The translations under genes were made by a program, and so were the position numbers. A stretch of 64,000 nt of DNA from an uncultured Alphaproteobacteria bacterium. Lineage in GTDB: Bacteria; Pseudomonadota; Alphaproteobacteria; HIMB59; GCA-002718135. The notes below the pieces were generated by a model. That model had not been told where the DNA came from, made no database searches, and worked only from the letters and a program-made list of their open reading frames with translations. The stretch is taken from NCBI GenBank assembly GCA_902537325.1, contig CACBAT010000005.1, positions 18,637 to 82,636 of the forward strand. The letters are read 5' to 3'. Shown here piece by piece: positions 9,788 to 18,421 of the stretch. Numbering within the stretch: the stretch's first letter is position 1; the number at the start of each line of letters is the position of its first letter.

Positions 9788-10805
9788 AATCACAGTATTT
9801 AACACACATTGCTGTGGTGAAATTGGGGATGTTGTGACTGGAATTAAAGGCTTGAATTTTAAATCACCTGAAGAAGCTTCTAAAAAACTTTTTTTAGATA
9901 AAAAATGGAGAAATTTTTTTCTAAATGAACCTCGAGGAGGGGTCTTTAAACATTGTAATATTATTTTAGAACCTTCAAATAAAAATGCAGATGCTGGATT
10001 TGTAATTATGGAACCAGAAGATAATCCTCCAATGAGTGGATCAAATGCAATTTGTGTAACGACAGTCTTATTAGAAAAAAATATTGTTCAAATGAAATAT
10101 CCTAAAACCATGCTTACACTTGAAGCTCCAGGTGGTTTAATAAAAGTTGTTGCTGATTGTAAAAATAAGAAAGTTAAAAGTGTCACTTTAACTAATCTTG
10201 CCTGCTTTGCAGATAAAATAGATGTAGATTTAAAGACTAAAAATTATGGTACAATTAAAGTAAGTACTGCTTTTGGAGGTGACAGTTTTTTAATTTGTAA
10301 TGCTAGTGATTTTAATCTTAAAATTGAACCAAAGAATGCAAATAAATTTGTTAATGTTGCAAAAGAATTATTAAAAGAAGCAAACGCATCTATAGGATTT
10401 GAGCATCCTACTATTAAAGGATTAGACTATCTTTCCTTTTGCCAATTTATTGAACCCTTAAAAAAAAATAATCAATCATTACTTACAGGATTAAATACAG
10501 TTGTTATACGACCTGGGAAACTTGATCGTTCACCTTGCGGTACAGGCACTTCAGCAAGATTAGCAGTAATGAAAGAAAAAAATGAAATACAAATAAATGA
10601 AGAATTTATATCAAAGTCTATTATAGGATCTTCATTTAATGCAAGTATTGAAAAGGAAATTAAAATTAATAACAAAAATTGTATTATTCCAAAAATAACA
10701 GGTAGTGCATTTATTACTGGAAAACAAAGTTTATATATCGATAAGGATGATCCTTTTCCAGAAGGTTATAGATTAAATGACACATGGCCAGATTCATTAA
10801 GTTAA
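9780..10805 (+). CDS. Proline racemase superfamily protein (atypical Ser/Cys dyad)
   Basis: 341 aa with NEPRGG, DRSPCGTGTSARLA and a family-typical length. The position of the first catalytic Cys reads PPMSGSNAI. It overlaps the upstream gene by 8 nt. Confidence 0.75.
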   Translation: MDEITVFNTHCCGEIGDVVTGIKGLNFKSPEEASKKLFLDKKWRNFFLNEPRGGVFKHCNIILEPSNKNADAGFVIMEPEDNPPMSGSNAICVTTVLLEKNIVQMKYPKTMLTLEAPGGLIKVVADCKNKKVKSVTLTNLACFADKIDVDLKTKNYGTIKVSTAFGGDSFLICNASDFNLKIEPKNANKFVNVAKELLKEANASIGFEHPTIKGLDYLSFCQFIEPLKKNNQSLLTGLNTVVIRPGKLDRSPCGTGTSARLAVMKEKNEIQINEEFISKSIIGSSFNASIEKEIKINNKNCIIPKITGSAFITGKQSLYIDKDDPFPEGYRLNDTWPDSLS

Positions 10806-10881
10806 CTGTGATTAAATAACACTAGCATGGCGAGTTAATTTATTTTACTTTCATCAACTATTCTAATAATTAATAAAAAAA

Positions 10882-12147
10882 ATGACAAAATTTAATGCCT
10901 GGAATGTAATTAAAAACGGTTTAAATGGTCAGTCTTATTGGACTAGACAATGGCGTGATCCAGAACCAAAAAGTAGTTATGACGTTGTAATAATTGGGGG
11001 AGGTTTGCACGGTCTTGCCACAGCATATTATTTAGCAAAGAATCATAATATAAAAAATGTAGCTGTCTTAGAAAAAGGCTGGATTGGTGGAGGAAACACT
11101 GGACGTAATACAACTATTGTAAGATCAAATTATATGATGCCAGGCAACCACGAATTTTATGAACATTCTTTAAAGTTATGGGAAAATTTAAGTCACGAAT
11201 TAAATTATAATGTAATGTTTAGCCAACGAGCTCATGTCTCGTTATTTCATAGCCCTGGTGCTAAAGATTCAGTTTCACGGATTTATAATATTATGCGACT
11301 CCACGGAACTGATGCAGAACTTTGGGATTTAAAAACTTTAAAGAAAAAAATTCCGCATTTAAATTATCATAATTCTAGATTTCCAATACTTGGAGCTGCA
11401 GTTCAAAAAAGAGCAGGCAATGCAAGACACGATGCAGTTGCATGGGGTTATGCAAGGGCTGCAGATACATTAGGTGTAGACATTTTGCAAAATTGTGAAG
11501 TTACAGGTTTTACAAGAAAGAATGGAAATATTGAAAGTATTCAAACTTCAAGAGGAATTATAAAAGGAAAGAAAATAGGATTTGCTGTTGCAGGTAATAC
11601 TTCAGTATTATGGCAAATGGCAGAATTAGGCAACCTGCCAATTGAGTCTCATAAACTACAAGCATTTGTATCTGAGGCTGTTAAGCCACTCCTAGATCAG
11701 GTTGTTGTTTACGGTGTAGGTGGTGCACATTTCTATATATCGCAGTCAGACAAAGGAAGTATGGTGTTTGGTGGTGATCTTGACTGGTATAAATCATATG
11801 CTCAAAGAGGAAATCTTCCTATGGTTCAAGATGTTGCTGAAGCGGCCATGGCAATATTTCCTACACTTGGAAGAATAAGATTACTTCGTCATTGGGCAGG
11901 TATTATGGACATGACAATGGATGGATCATTTTTTATTTGTAAAACACCGATATCTAATCTCTATTTAAATGCTGGTTGGAACTACGGGGGTTTTAAAGCA
12001 AGTCCAGCATCAGGTTGGTATTTTGCCGACTTAATTGCAAATGAAAGCCCGCATAACTACGTGCAAAATCATAATTTAGAAAGATTTGAAAAAGGTATCA
12101 ATATAGATGAACGTGGTGCAGGACCTGATCCGAAATTGCACGGTTAA
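10882..12147 (+). CDS. soxB: Heterotetrameric sarcosine oxidase beta subunit (or the homologous N-methylglutamate dehydrogenase subunit)
   Basis: 421 aa with an FAD motif VVIIGGGLHGLATAYYLAK. It sits in the canonical B-D-A-G gene order. Confidence 0.85.
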   Translation: MTKFNAWNVIKNGLNGQSYWTRQWRDPEPKSSYDVVIIGGGLHGLATAYYLAKNHNIKNVAVLEKGWIGGGNTGRNTTIVRSNYMMPGNHEFYEHSLKLWENLSHELNYNVMFSQRAHVSLFHSPGAKDSVSRIYNIMRLHGTDAELWDLKTLKKKIPHLNYHNSRFPILGAAVQKRAGNARHDAVAWGYARAADTLGVDILQNCEVTGFTRKNGNIESIQTSRGIIKGKKIGFAVAGNTSVLWQMAELGNLPIESHKLQAFVSEAVKPLLDQVVVYGVGGAHFYISQSDKGSMVFGGDLDWYKSYAQRGNLPMVQDVAEAAMAIFPTLGRIRLLRHWAGIMDMTMDGSFFICKTPISNLYLNAGWNYGGFKASPASGWYFADLIANESPHNYVQNHNLERFEKGINIDERGAGPDPKLHG

Positions 12148-12432
12148 ATGATTAGAATTAATTGTCCTTATTGTGGTGAAAGAGATCATAGTGAGTTTAG
12201 TTATGGAGGAGATGCAACAATCAATTATCCTTCGTTAGATGCATCAGAGAAAGAATGGACTGAAGCTATATTTTTCAGAAAAAATATAAAAGGTTTTCAA
12301 TTTGAAACATGGCATCATTCTAATGGATGTAGAATGTGGTTGGTAGTTGAACGTTCTACTGTCACTCATGAAATAAAAAGTGTCAAACCATGCCATCCGG
12401 ATTTACAGAAGGTTGTAGAAAATAATAAATGA
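12148..12432 (+). CDS. soxD: Sarcosine oxidase delta subunit
   Basis: 94 aa with the Zn-type motif CPYCGERDHSEF. It follows soxB directly (TAAATG) and overlaps soxA through ATGA. Confidence 0.85.
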   Translation: MIRINCPYCGERDHSEFSYGGDATINYPSLDASEKEWTEAIFFRKNIKGFQFETWHHSNGCRMWLVVERSTVTHEIKSVKPCHPDLQKVVENNK

Positions 12433-15386
12433 TGACAAGAAGAATAGATAACTATGGAAAAATTAATAGAGATAAAATTTTATCCTTTAGGTGGGATAAA
12501 AAAAATTACAAAGGTTTTGAAGGAGATACTCTAGCATCAGCATTACTTGCAAATAATATTGGTATAGTTGGTAGAAGTTTTAAATATCATAGACCAAGGG
12601 GAATATTTTCTAGTGGAGTCGAGGAATCCGGTGCTTTAGTTACTATTGGTTCAAAAGATAGAAGAGATCCAAATGTAAGAGCAACAACGCAAGAATTATA
12701 TAATGGTTTGGAAGCAAGTGGTCAAAATGCATTTCCAAATGTAAATTTTGATCTAGCTGGAATAAATAATTACTTAGGTAGGTTTTTTGCAGCTGGTTTT
12801 TATTATAAAACTTTTATGGGAATACCTCCACTTGAATGGGGTAAAGGAACAGCCATATGGATGTTTTTTGAAAAGTTTATTAGAAAAGCTGCGGGAATGG
12901 GAAGTGCTTCTGGGTTACCTGATCCAGATACTTATGAGCATGCTCATGATTTTTGTGATTTAATTGTTGTAGGATCAGGACCTGCTGGTGTTGCAGCTGC
13001 AATAGAGGCAGCAGAAAAAAAATTAGATGTTATTTTAGTTGAGCAAGATAGTCTTATTGGAGGAAATCAACTTGCAGAAAATGATTTTGATAACTCACAA
13101 ATTAAAAATCAACTTGAAAATCTAGGCATAAAAATAATGACTAGAACTACTGCATTCGGGTTATATGATAATTGTGTTGTTGGTTTATTAGAGAGAGTAA
13201 CAGACCATATATCAGCATCAAATGTAAACATTCCACGCCAAAGATTTTGGACCATTAGAGCAAAGCATATAATTGTTGGTGCTGGAGCAATTGAAAGACA
13301 CATTGCATTTAATAATAATGATATTCCTGGTGTAATGACTGTAAATGCATCAAAGCATTATTTGAATAGATATGGTGTACTCACCGGAAAAAGAATTGTG
13401 ATAGCTACAAATAATGATTCTGTTTATGAAACAGCACATCAATTATCAGAAGCTGGGGCCAATGTAACTGTTCTTGATTCACGAACTAATTTTGAAATTG
13501 AGACAAATAAAAGTTTTGAAATAAGAAAAGGGTATGTACCTTATAATATTAATGGTTCAAAAAAAATTGATAGTTTAGATATATCAAAAAGTGAAACTAT
13601 TAATAAATCTGAAACTATAAATTGTGATCAGGTTCTATTATCAGGTGGCTGGTCACCTGCTGTACATTTGTTATCTCACAGAGGCGTAAAGCCTAAATGG
13701 GATTATAACAATGCTTGTTTTTTACCAAGTGACACAAAAGAAAATATTACAATGGTAGGTTCTTCTAGAGGTTTATGGAATAAAAATGATTGTATTGCTT
13801 CTGGGATAGCAGGAACTACTGATGCTTTGAACCGTTTAGGTATTTCTAAAACAAATTATTTTTTCCCAAAACCTGGTGGATGGAAAAATCCCATACAACC
13901 ACTTTATGAAGTAAAATATAAAAAATCTAGATCAAAAAGTTTTGTAGATTATCAACATGATGTAACAACAGATGACGTAAGACTCGCACATCGTGAAGGT
14001 TTCATTTCGGTAGAGCATCTTAAAAGATACACAACTTTAGGTATGGCAAACGATCAAGGAAAAATGGGAAATATCATTGGATTGTCTTTAATGGCTGAAC
14101 TTTTAAATAAAGAAATTCCAGAAGTTGGAACTACTGTTTTTAGACCTCCTTATACTCCTGTATCTATAGGTGCCTTAAGCGGAAGAAATGTTGGAAAACA
14201 TTTTAGGCCCTTAAGAGTAACGCCAATGCATCAATGGAATATTGATCATGGTGCAAAAATGATTGAAGTTGGATTGTATCAAAGACCTTGGTATTATCCC
14301 AAAGAAAATGAAACTTTAAGTGACTCTTATATAAGAGAAGCATCAACAGTAAGAAAAACAGTTGGAATTTGTGATGTAACATCATTAGGTAAAATAGCTA
14401 TTCAAGGACCAGACTCTACCGAATTTTTAAATAGAATTTATTCGAATGGTTTTTCAAAACTACAAGTTGGAAAAGCTAGATACGGTATCATGTTGCGTGA
14501 TGACGGTATTGTAATGGATGATGGAACATCTTGGAGATTAGCAGAAAATGAATATTTTATGACGACGTCTACAGGTGAAGCTTCAAAAGTGATGTCATGG
14601 TTAGAAGAATTACTTCAAACTAGATGGACAGATCTTAATGTTAATGTGACTAGTGTTTCTGAACAATGGGCAGGCGTATCAGTTGCAGGACCTAAATCTA
14701 GAGAAGTTCTCAATAATTGTGTCGATGATTCTTTGGTTGTAACTAATAATAACTTACCCTTTATGGGTGTTACTTCAACATTTCTTAAAGGTAATATTCC
14801 TTGTAGAATTGCAAGAATTAGTTTTTCAGGTGAATTAGCTTTTGAAGTTTATGTCAAATCAGATTTTGCTAATACAATGATGGACCTACTTTGGGCAAAT
14901 GCAAAAAAATATGATGGATGTTTATATGGATTAGAAGCTTTAGGCGCACTTAGAGTTGAAAAAGGTCATGTAACAGCCGCTGAGCTTGATGGAAGGGTAA
15001 CAATTGATGATGCAGGTTTAAGCAAAATGGCTTCTACAAAAAAATCATATATTGGAAGCGCAATGAGAAAACGAGGAGTATTAAAAAATAATGATCGAGA
15101 AATTCTAGTAGGTTTCTTTCCTACAAACTTAAAGGAAACTTTTAATGCTGGAACTATTGTCTGTGAAAAAAATAATATTAAAGGACAGGGTATCGGAAGA
15201 ATTACTTCAGTTACTTATTCTCCTGAACTTGGACATTGGATTGGATTAGGTTTTGTCAAGGGTGGTTTAGATAAATGGAAAGATACAAATTTAGTTGGGG
15301 CAGATCCTGTAAGAAATAAACAAATGAATTTAAAAGTTGTTTCACCACATATGATTGATCCTAAAGGAGAACGAATGTATGCATAG
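12429..15386 (+). CDS. soxA: Sarcosine oxidase alpha subunit
   Basis: 985 aa. The N-terminal 2Fe-2S-like/NAD region includes VVGSGPAGVAAA, and the C-terminus is a GcvT-like folate-binding domain. Confidence 0.9.
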   Translation: MMTRRIDNYGKINRDKILSFRWDKKNYKGFEGDTLASALLANNIGIVGRSFKYHRPRGIFSSGVEESGALVTIGSKDRRDPNVRATTQELYNGLEASGQNAFPNVNFDLAGINNYLGRFFAAGFYYKTFMGIPPLEWGKGTAIWMFFEKFIRKAAGMGSASGLPDPDTYEHAHDFCDLIVVGSGPAGVAAAIEAAEKKLDVILVEQDSLIGGNQLAENDFDNSQIKNQLENLGIKIMTRTTAFGLYDNCVVGLLERVTDHISASNVNIPRQRFWTIRAKHIIVGAGAIERHIAFNNNDIPGVMTVNASKHYLNRYGVLTGKRIVIATNNDSVYETAHQLSEAGANVTVLDSRTNFEIETNKSFEIRKGYVPYNINGSKKIDSLDISKSETINKSETINCDQVLLSGGWSPAVHLLSHRGVKPKWDYNNACFLPSDTKENITMVGSSRGLWNKNDCIASGIAGTTDALNRLGISKTNYFFPKPGGWKNPIQPLYEVKYKKSRSKSFVDYQHDVTTDDVRLAHREGFISVEHLKRYTTLGMANDQGKMGNIIGLSLMAELLNKEIPEVGTTVFRPPYTPVSIGALSGRNVGKHFRPLRVTPMHQWNIDHGAKMIEVGLYQRPWYYPKENETLSDSYIREASTVRKTVGICDVTSLGKIAIQGPDSTEFLNRIYSNGFSKLQVGKARYGIMLRDDGIVMDDGTSWRLAENEYFMTTSTGEASKVMSWLEELLQTRWTDLNVNVTSVSEQWAGVSVAGPKSREVLNNCVDDSLVVTNNNLPFMGVTSTFLKGNIPCRIARISFSGELAFEVYVKSDFANTMMDLLWANAKKYDGCLYGLEALGALRVEKGHVTAAELDGRVTIDDAGLSKMASTKKSYIGSAMRKRGVLKNNDREILVGFFPTNLKETFNAGTIVCEKNNIKGQGIGRITSVTYSPELGHWIGLGFVKGGLDKWKDTNLVGADPVRNKQMNLKVVSPHMIDPKGERMYA

Positions 15387-15942
15387 ACATTCTGCACTGG
15401 AAACAATTTATAAGGTTGGAAAATATTCATCAAGTGAGAAACAATCCCTGACATTTAAAGAATTAAAAAGTTTAGAAATTTTGCAAATTGCTTGTTGGCC
15501 TCACAAAATTGATGAAATGAATAATTTACTATCAAAAGAACTAAAAATTAAAAATATTCCTAGTTTTAATAAAGGGATAATTTTTGAAAATAAATCATTA
15601 TGGAGAATAGAACCTTTGAAATGGTGGTTGTTTAATAAAGAAATTGAAATAAGTGAGCAAATCGCAACAATTTTAGACATGTCTCATGCTTTTACAGGTA
15701 TTGAAATTACAGGAGATAATTCATCATTATTTTTAAATAGACATCTTCCAATTGATTTAAGAGCTAGGAATTTTCCAGATTTATCTTCTGCTAGCACAGC
15801 TATTCATCATGTAAGTGTTAAGCTATTTAAAATAACTTCCAATAGCTACTGTCTATATATACCAAGAGGTTTTGCTTTATCAATTTGGGAGATCATTCTT
15901 GAAACAGCGGATCAGTTTGGATACGAAGTATTAGAGAGATAG
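15379..15942 (+). CDS. soxG: Sarcosine oxidase gamma subunit
   Basis: Last gene of the B-D-A-G order. I prefer the ATG at 15379, preceded by AAGGAGA at 15364-15370, over the ORF-track start at 15355. It overlaps the soxA stop by 8 nt. Confidence 0.7.
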   Translation: MHRHSALETIYKVGKYSSSEKQSLTFKELKSLEILQIACWPHKIDEMNNLLSKELKIKNIPSFNKGIIFENKSLWRIEPLKWWLFNKEIEISEQIATILDMSHAFTGIEITGDNSSLFLNRHLPIDLRARNFPDLSSASTAIHHVSVKLFKITSNSYCLYIPRGFALSIWEIILETADQFGYEVLER

Positions 15943-16016
15943 ATAGATTATCTTAGAGTAACGGAAACGGGTTATAAACTAATTACTAATATAATAAGCG
16001 ATTTGCATATAGTAAA

Positions 16017-16733
16017 TTAATCATTTGCATCACCACCTCCGGCACCTTTTGCCCTAGATTCCTCTGACTCAGGAACAAAAGTTCTAAAAGCTATTTTAGA
16101 TATTTGATCCCAAGATTTTTTATCAGGATTAATACCCTTAGAGAGCATATTATTTATATTTGATGATGAAATATTAATATCTAATTTTTGTTCATTAAAA
16201 ATTTTCTTTGTGAGTAAAAGATCAAAATTTCTTTGATAATTTGTAGAGATAATTTCTCTATTAACCCTAATATTTTCATTTGTTATTTGTACATCAATTT
16301 TTTGATCTAACAAAAACTGTGAATAGATATTTTTTTTGGCATACTTATAAAGCAAAGGTATTAGGAATATGGGGTCATTACAATTTTTAAAAGTTAATTT
16401 AAAATCATCTCTTTTATCTATTTTTGATACTAAATAATCAATCAATCCTGGGCCTATCACCAAAAAAGATTTATTTTCACAATCAAACTCATCATTTATT
16501 TTTGACGGATCTATACTGGCATTAAAAGTGTTATCTAATTCTTCAATTTTTAATTTTAATAATTTGATCCCATCCAAACCAAATATTTCAAGCCATGTTG
16601 TAATAAATGCAGCATCCTCATCTGATCCATAAGTGAATCCTAATCCTGAAAAAGCTCGTTGTGTATTAGTGTAGACTTCATAGTAAGAATAACTCACAGA
16701 TATTAATATGTGCTCATTGTTGCAAAACCCCAT
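16017..16733 (-). CDS. Hypothetical protein, no family recognised
   Basis: 238-aa uninterrupted ORF in AT-rich DNA. Its start overlaps the upstream 554-aa ORF by 31 nt. It has an acidic, Gly-rich C-terminus (GAGGGDAND) and no signal peptide or TM segment. Confidence 0.5.
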   Translation of the reverse strand: MGFCNNEHILISVSYSYYEVYTNTQRAFSGLGFTYGSDEDAAFITTWLEIFGLDGIKLLKLKIEELDNTFNASIDPSKINDEFDCENKSFLVIGPGLIDYLVSKIDKRDDFKLTFKNCNDPIFLIPLLYKYAKKNIYSQFLLDQKIDVQITNENIRVNREIISTNYQRNFDLLLTKKIFNEQKLDINISSSNINNMLSKGINPDKKSWDQISKIAFRTFVPESEESRAKGAGGGDAND

Positions 16734-18367
16734 TCATCAACATTTTTATTATTCAGATCTGATAAATAAGGGGCTCCAGAAAAAAAACTTACTCTTAACC
16801 ATCTATCTGACTTAGGATCATAACGATTAGCTCCAAAAAAAGATAACTTAAATCTTAACATATCAATTGGCATTGTTTTTTTATCAAGAACATTATCTTG
16901 AACTTCTGAAAAAGGATAATTTTTTAAAGATTGAATTCTCTTAACAATTCCTCTGTACTCTGGATGCATTAACAAAAATTCACAAATTAATTGATTTTTA
17001 TCTACATTTTTAATTTGCTTAAATAAATCATTAACCATTTTTGCAATTCCTAGATTTTGCTCCAATTCACTTCCTTGTTCATTATATCTTTCACCTAATC
17101 TAGGTTCTAACTTAGCTGCTGAAACATACCAAAATAAATAATTGCTATCTTTATTATTAAAATCAATATTTTTTATCCAAGAATATTTATTATTGATTAT
17201 TTTTTTTAAATCTCCAATAGATTGATTTCCATCAATATCCATTATCTCCTCATCTGCCATATCTTCTGCTAACTCTTCTGATATTTGAGGATATAATTCA
17301 ATTAGTTGTACTCTTGCAATTTCCTTGGTATCATTATTAAAATTCGAATCACAATAATCTAAAATATCTAACCATTTAAATTTTTGAGAAAGATCTAGGT
17401 CATTAATGTAGGAAATATATTTTTTTAAATCTTCAGTAGTTAATTTATTTTTATTAATTTGGAATTCATCACTTGTGTTAACTTCCTCAAGATAATTTAG
17501 AGCTTTATTCAAAAGGTTTTTATATTTTTCGAAAACTATATTATCTAACTCAATTTGAGAAATTTCTTCTAATGTCTTTGTGTACTGTTTCATCCACTTA
17601 TTAATCAACTTTGGATGTTTAATGATAAAAGGTGCCATACCTAAACCTGTTGAATTACCAATACCTAAATGTTGTTTAATTTTTCTATCTAACTTTACTG
17701 CTTTTTTTGGGTTTATTTGCCTTGCAACATGTTCAACTAATTCAATACTGAATTCTCTAATTAAATAAACTGATAACATTTCTGCTCTGAAGGGCTGATT
17801 GAAAACAGTTGTATTTTTTGTATTAGTAAAATCTGATAATCCAAATTTACCACTACCATAAACAGCAGTAGTTCTTAACAAATAGCCAACTTTATTTATT
17901 TCGTAAATATCTGGCTGATTACCATTTGAAAGACAATCGACAACATACTGAAACAATCTTACACTTTTATTTGCTCTGCTAAGAATTAACTCATCTGGAG
18001 AATTACGACCTGATTCTTGAAGAGGAATTGTTTTTTTTAATCTATTTAGATCTTGATCAGATAATTTACCTACATGTAATGTATAGGCTGTATCCCATTT
18101 ACTAGCGATAACTCTATCACTTCTATCCTTATCAGCTAGGAAAGCAGAGAAACATACAAGTGAATAAGTTTGCTTATTAATAATTATTTCATAAACAACC
18201 GTGCCGAAACCATGTTTATCTAAATCAAATTTCGACTTATGTATTTCCCAGTTGTCGTTGATCAATCTTCTTAACATACTTCTAGAAAAACTAAGCCGAG
18301 AAGGATAGCGTGAACCCATTCTTGATAGTTTCATGTAGTTATCGTTTTCTCTTACTTTTTGTAACAT
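16703..18367 (-). CDS. Hypothetical protein, no family recognised
   Basis: 554-aa uninterrupted ORF. By eye it has no Walker A motif, no obvious metal motif and no TM segment or signal peptide. It is divergent from the M19-like gene across a 54-nt spacer. Confidence 0.6.
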   Translation of the reverse strand: MLQKVRENDNYMKLSRMGSRYPSRLSFSRSMLRRLINDNWEIHKSKFDLDKHGFGTVVYEIIINKQTYSLVCFSAFLADKDRSDRVIASKWDTAYTLHVGKLSDQDLNRLKKTIPLQESGRNSPDELILSRANKSVRLFQYVVDCLSNGNQPDIYEINKVGYLLRTTAVYGSGKFGLSDFTNTKNTTVFNQPFRAEMLSVYLIREFSIELVEHVARQINPKKAVKLDRKIKQHLGIGNSTGLGMAPFIIKHPKLINKWMKQYTKTLEEISQIELDNIVFEKYKNLLNKALNYLEEVNTSDEFQINKNKLTTEDLKKYISYINDLDLSQKFKWLDILDYCDSNFNNDTKEIARVQLIELYPQISEELAEDMADEEIMDIDGNQSIGDLKKIINNKYSWIKNIDFNNKDSNYLFWYVSAAKLEPRLGERYNEQGSELEQNLGIAKMVNDLFKQIKNVDKNQLICEFLLMHPEYRGIVKRIQSLKNYPFSEVQDNVLDKKTMPIDMLRFKLSFFGANRYDPKSDRWLRVSFFSGAPYLSDLNNKNVDEWGFATMSTY

Positions 18368-18421
18368 TTATTAAATATCTATAGTTAATTTTGGTTTTTT
18401 CATTAATAGAAGTATTAATCT

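Noticed and set aside
13587-13622. In-frame tandem repeat KSETIN-KSETIN inside soxA (18 nt x 2). I considered whether it might be a repeat array or a contingency locus.
   Set aside because: There are only two units, and they differ at 3 nt, including AGT versus TCT serine codons. The repeat lies in a poorly conserved surface-like insert of SoxA. It is most simply an old micro-duplication with no regulatory meaning.
18402-18419. Perfect inverted repeat ATTAATA-GAAG-TATTAAT in the divergent spacer between the 554-aa gene and the M19-like gene. A 5-4-5 palindrome, ATGTT-ATTA-AACAT, lies upstream of the Pot-like SBP gene near 21484-21497. I considered both as operator sites.
   Set aside because: Short all-A/T palindromes arise readily by chance in about 30% G+C DNA, and no regulator gene is nearby. 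I cannot support an operator call without conservation data.
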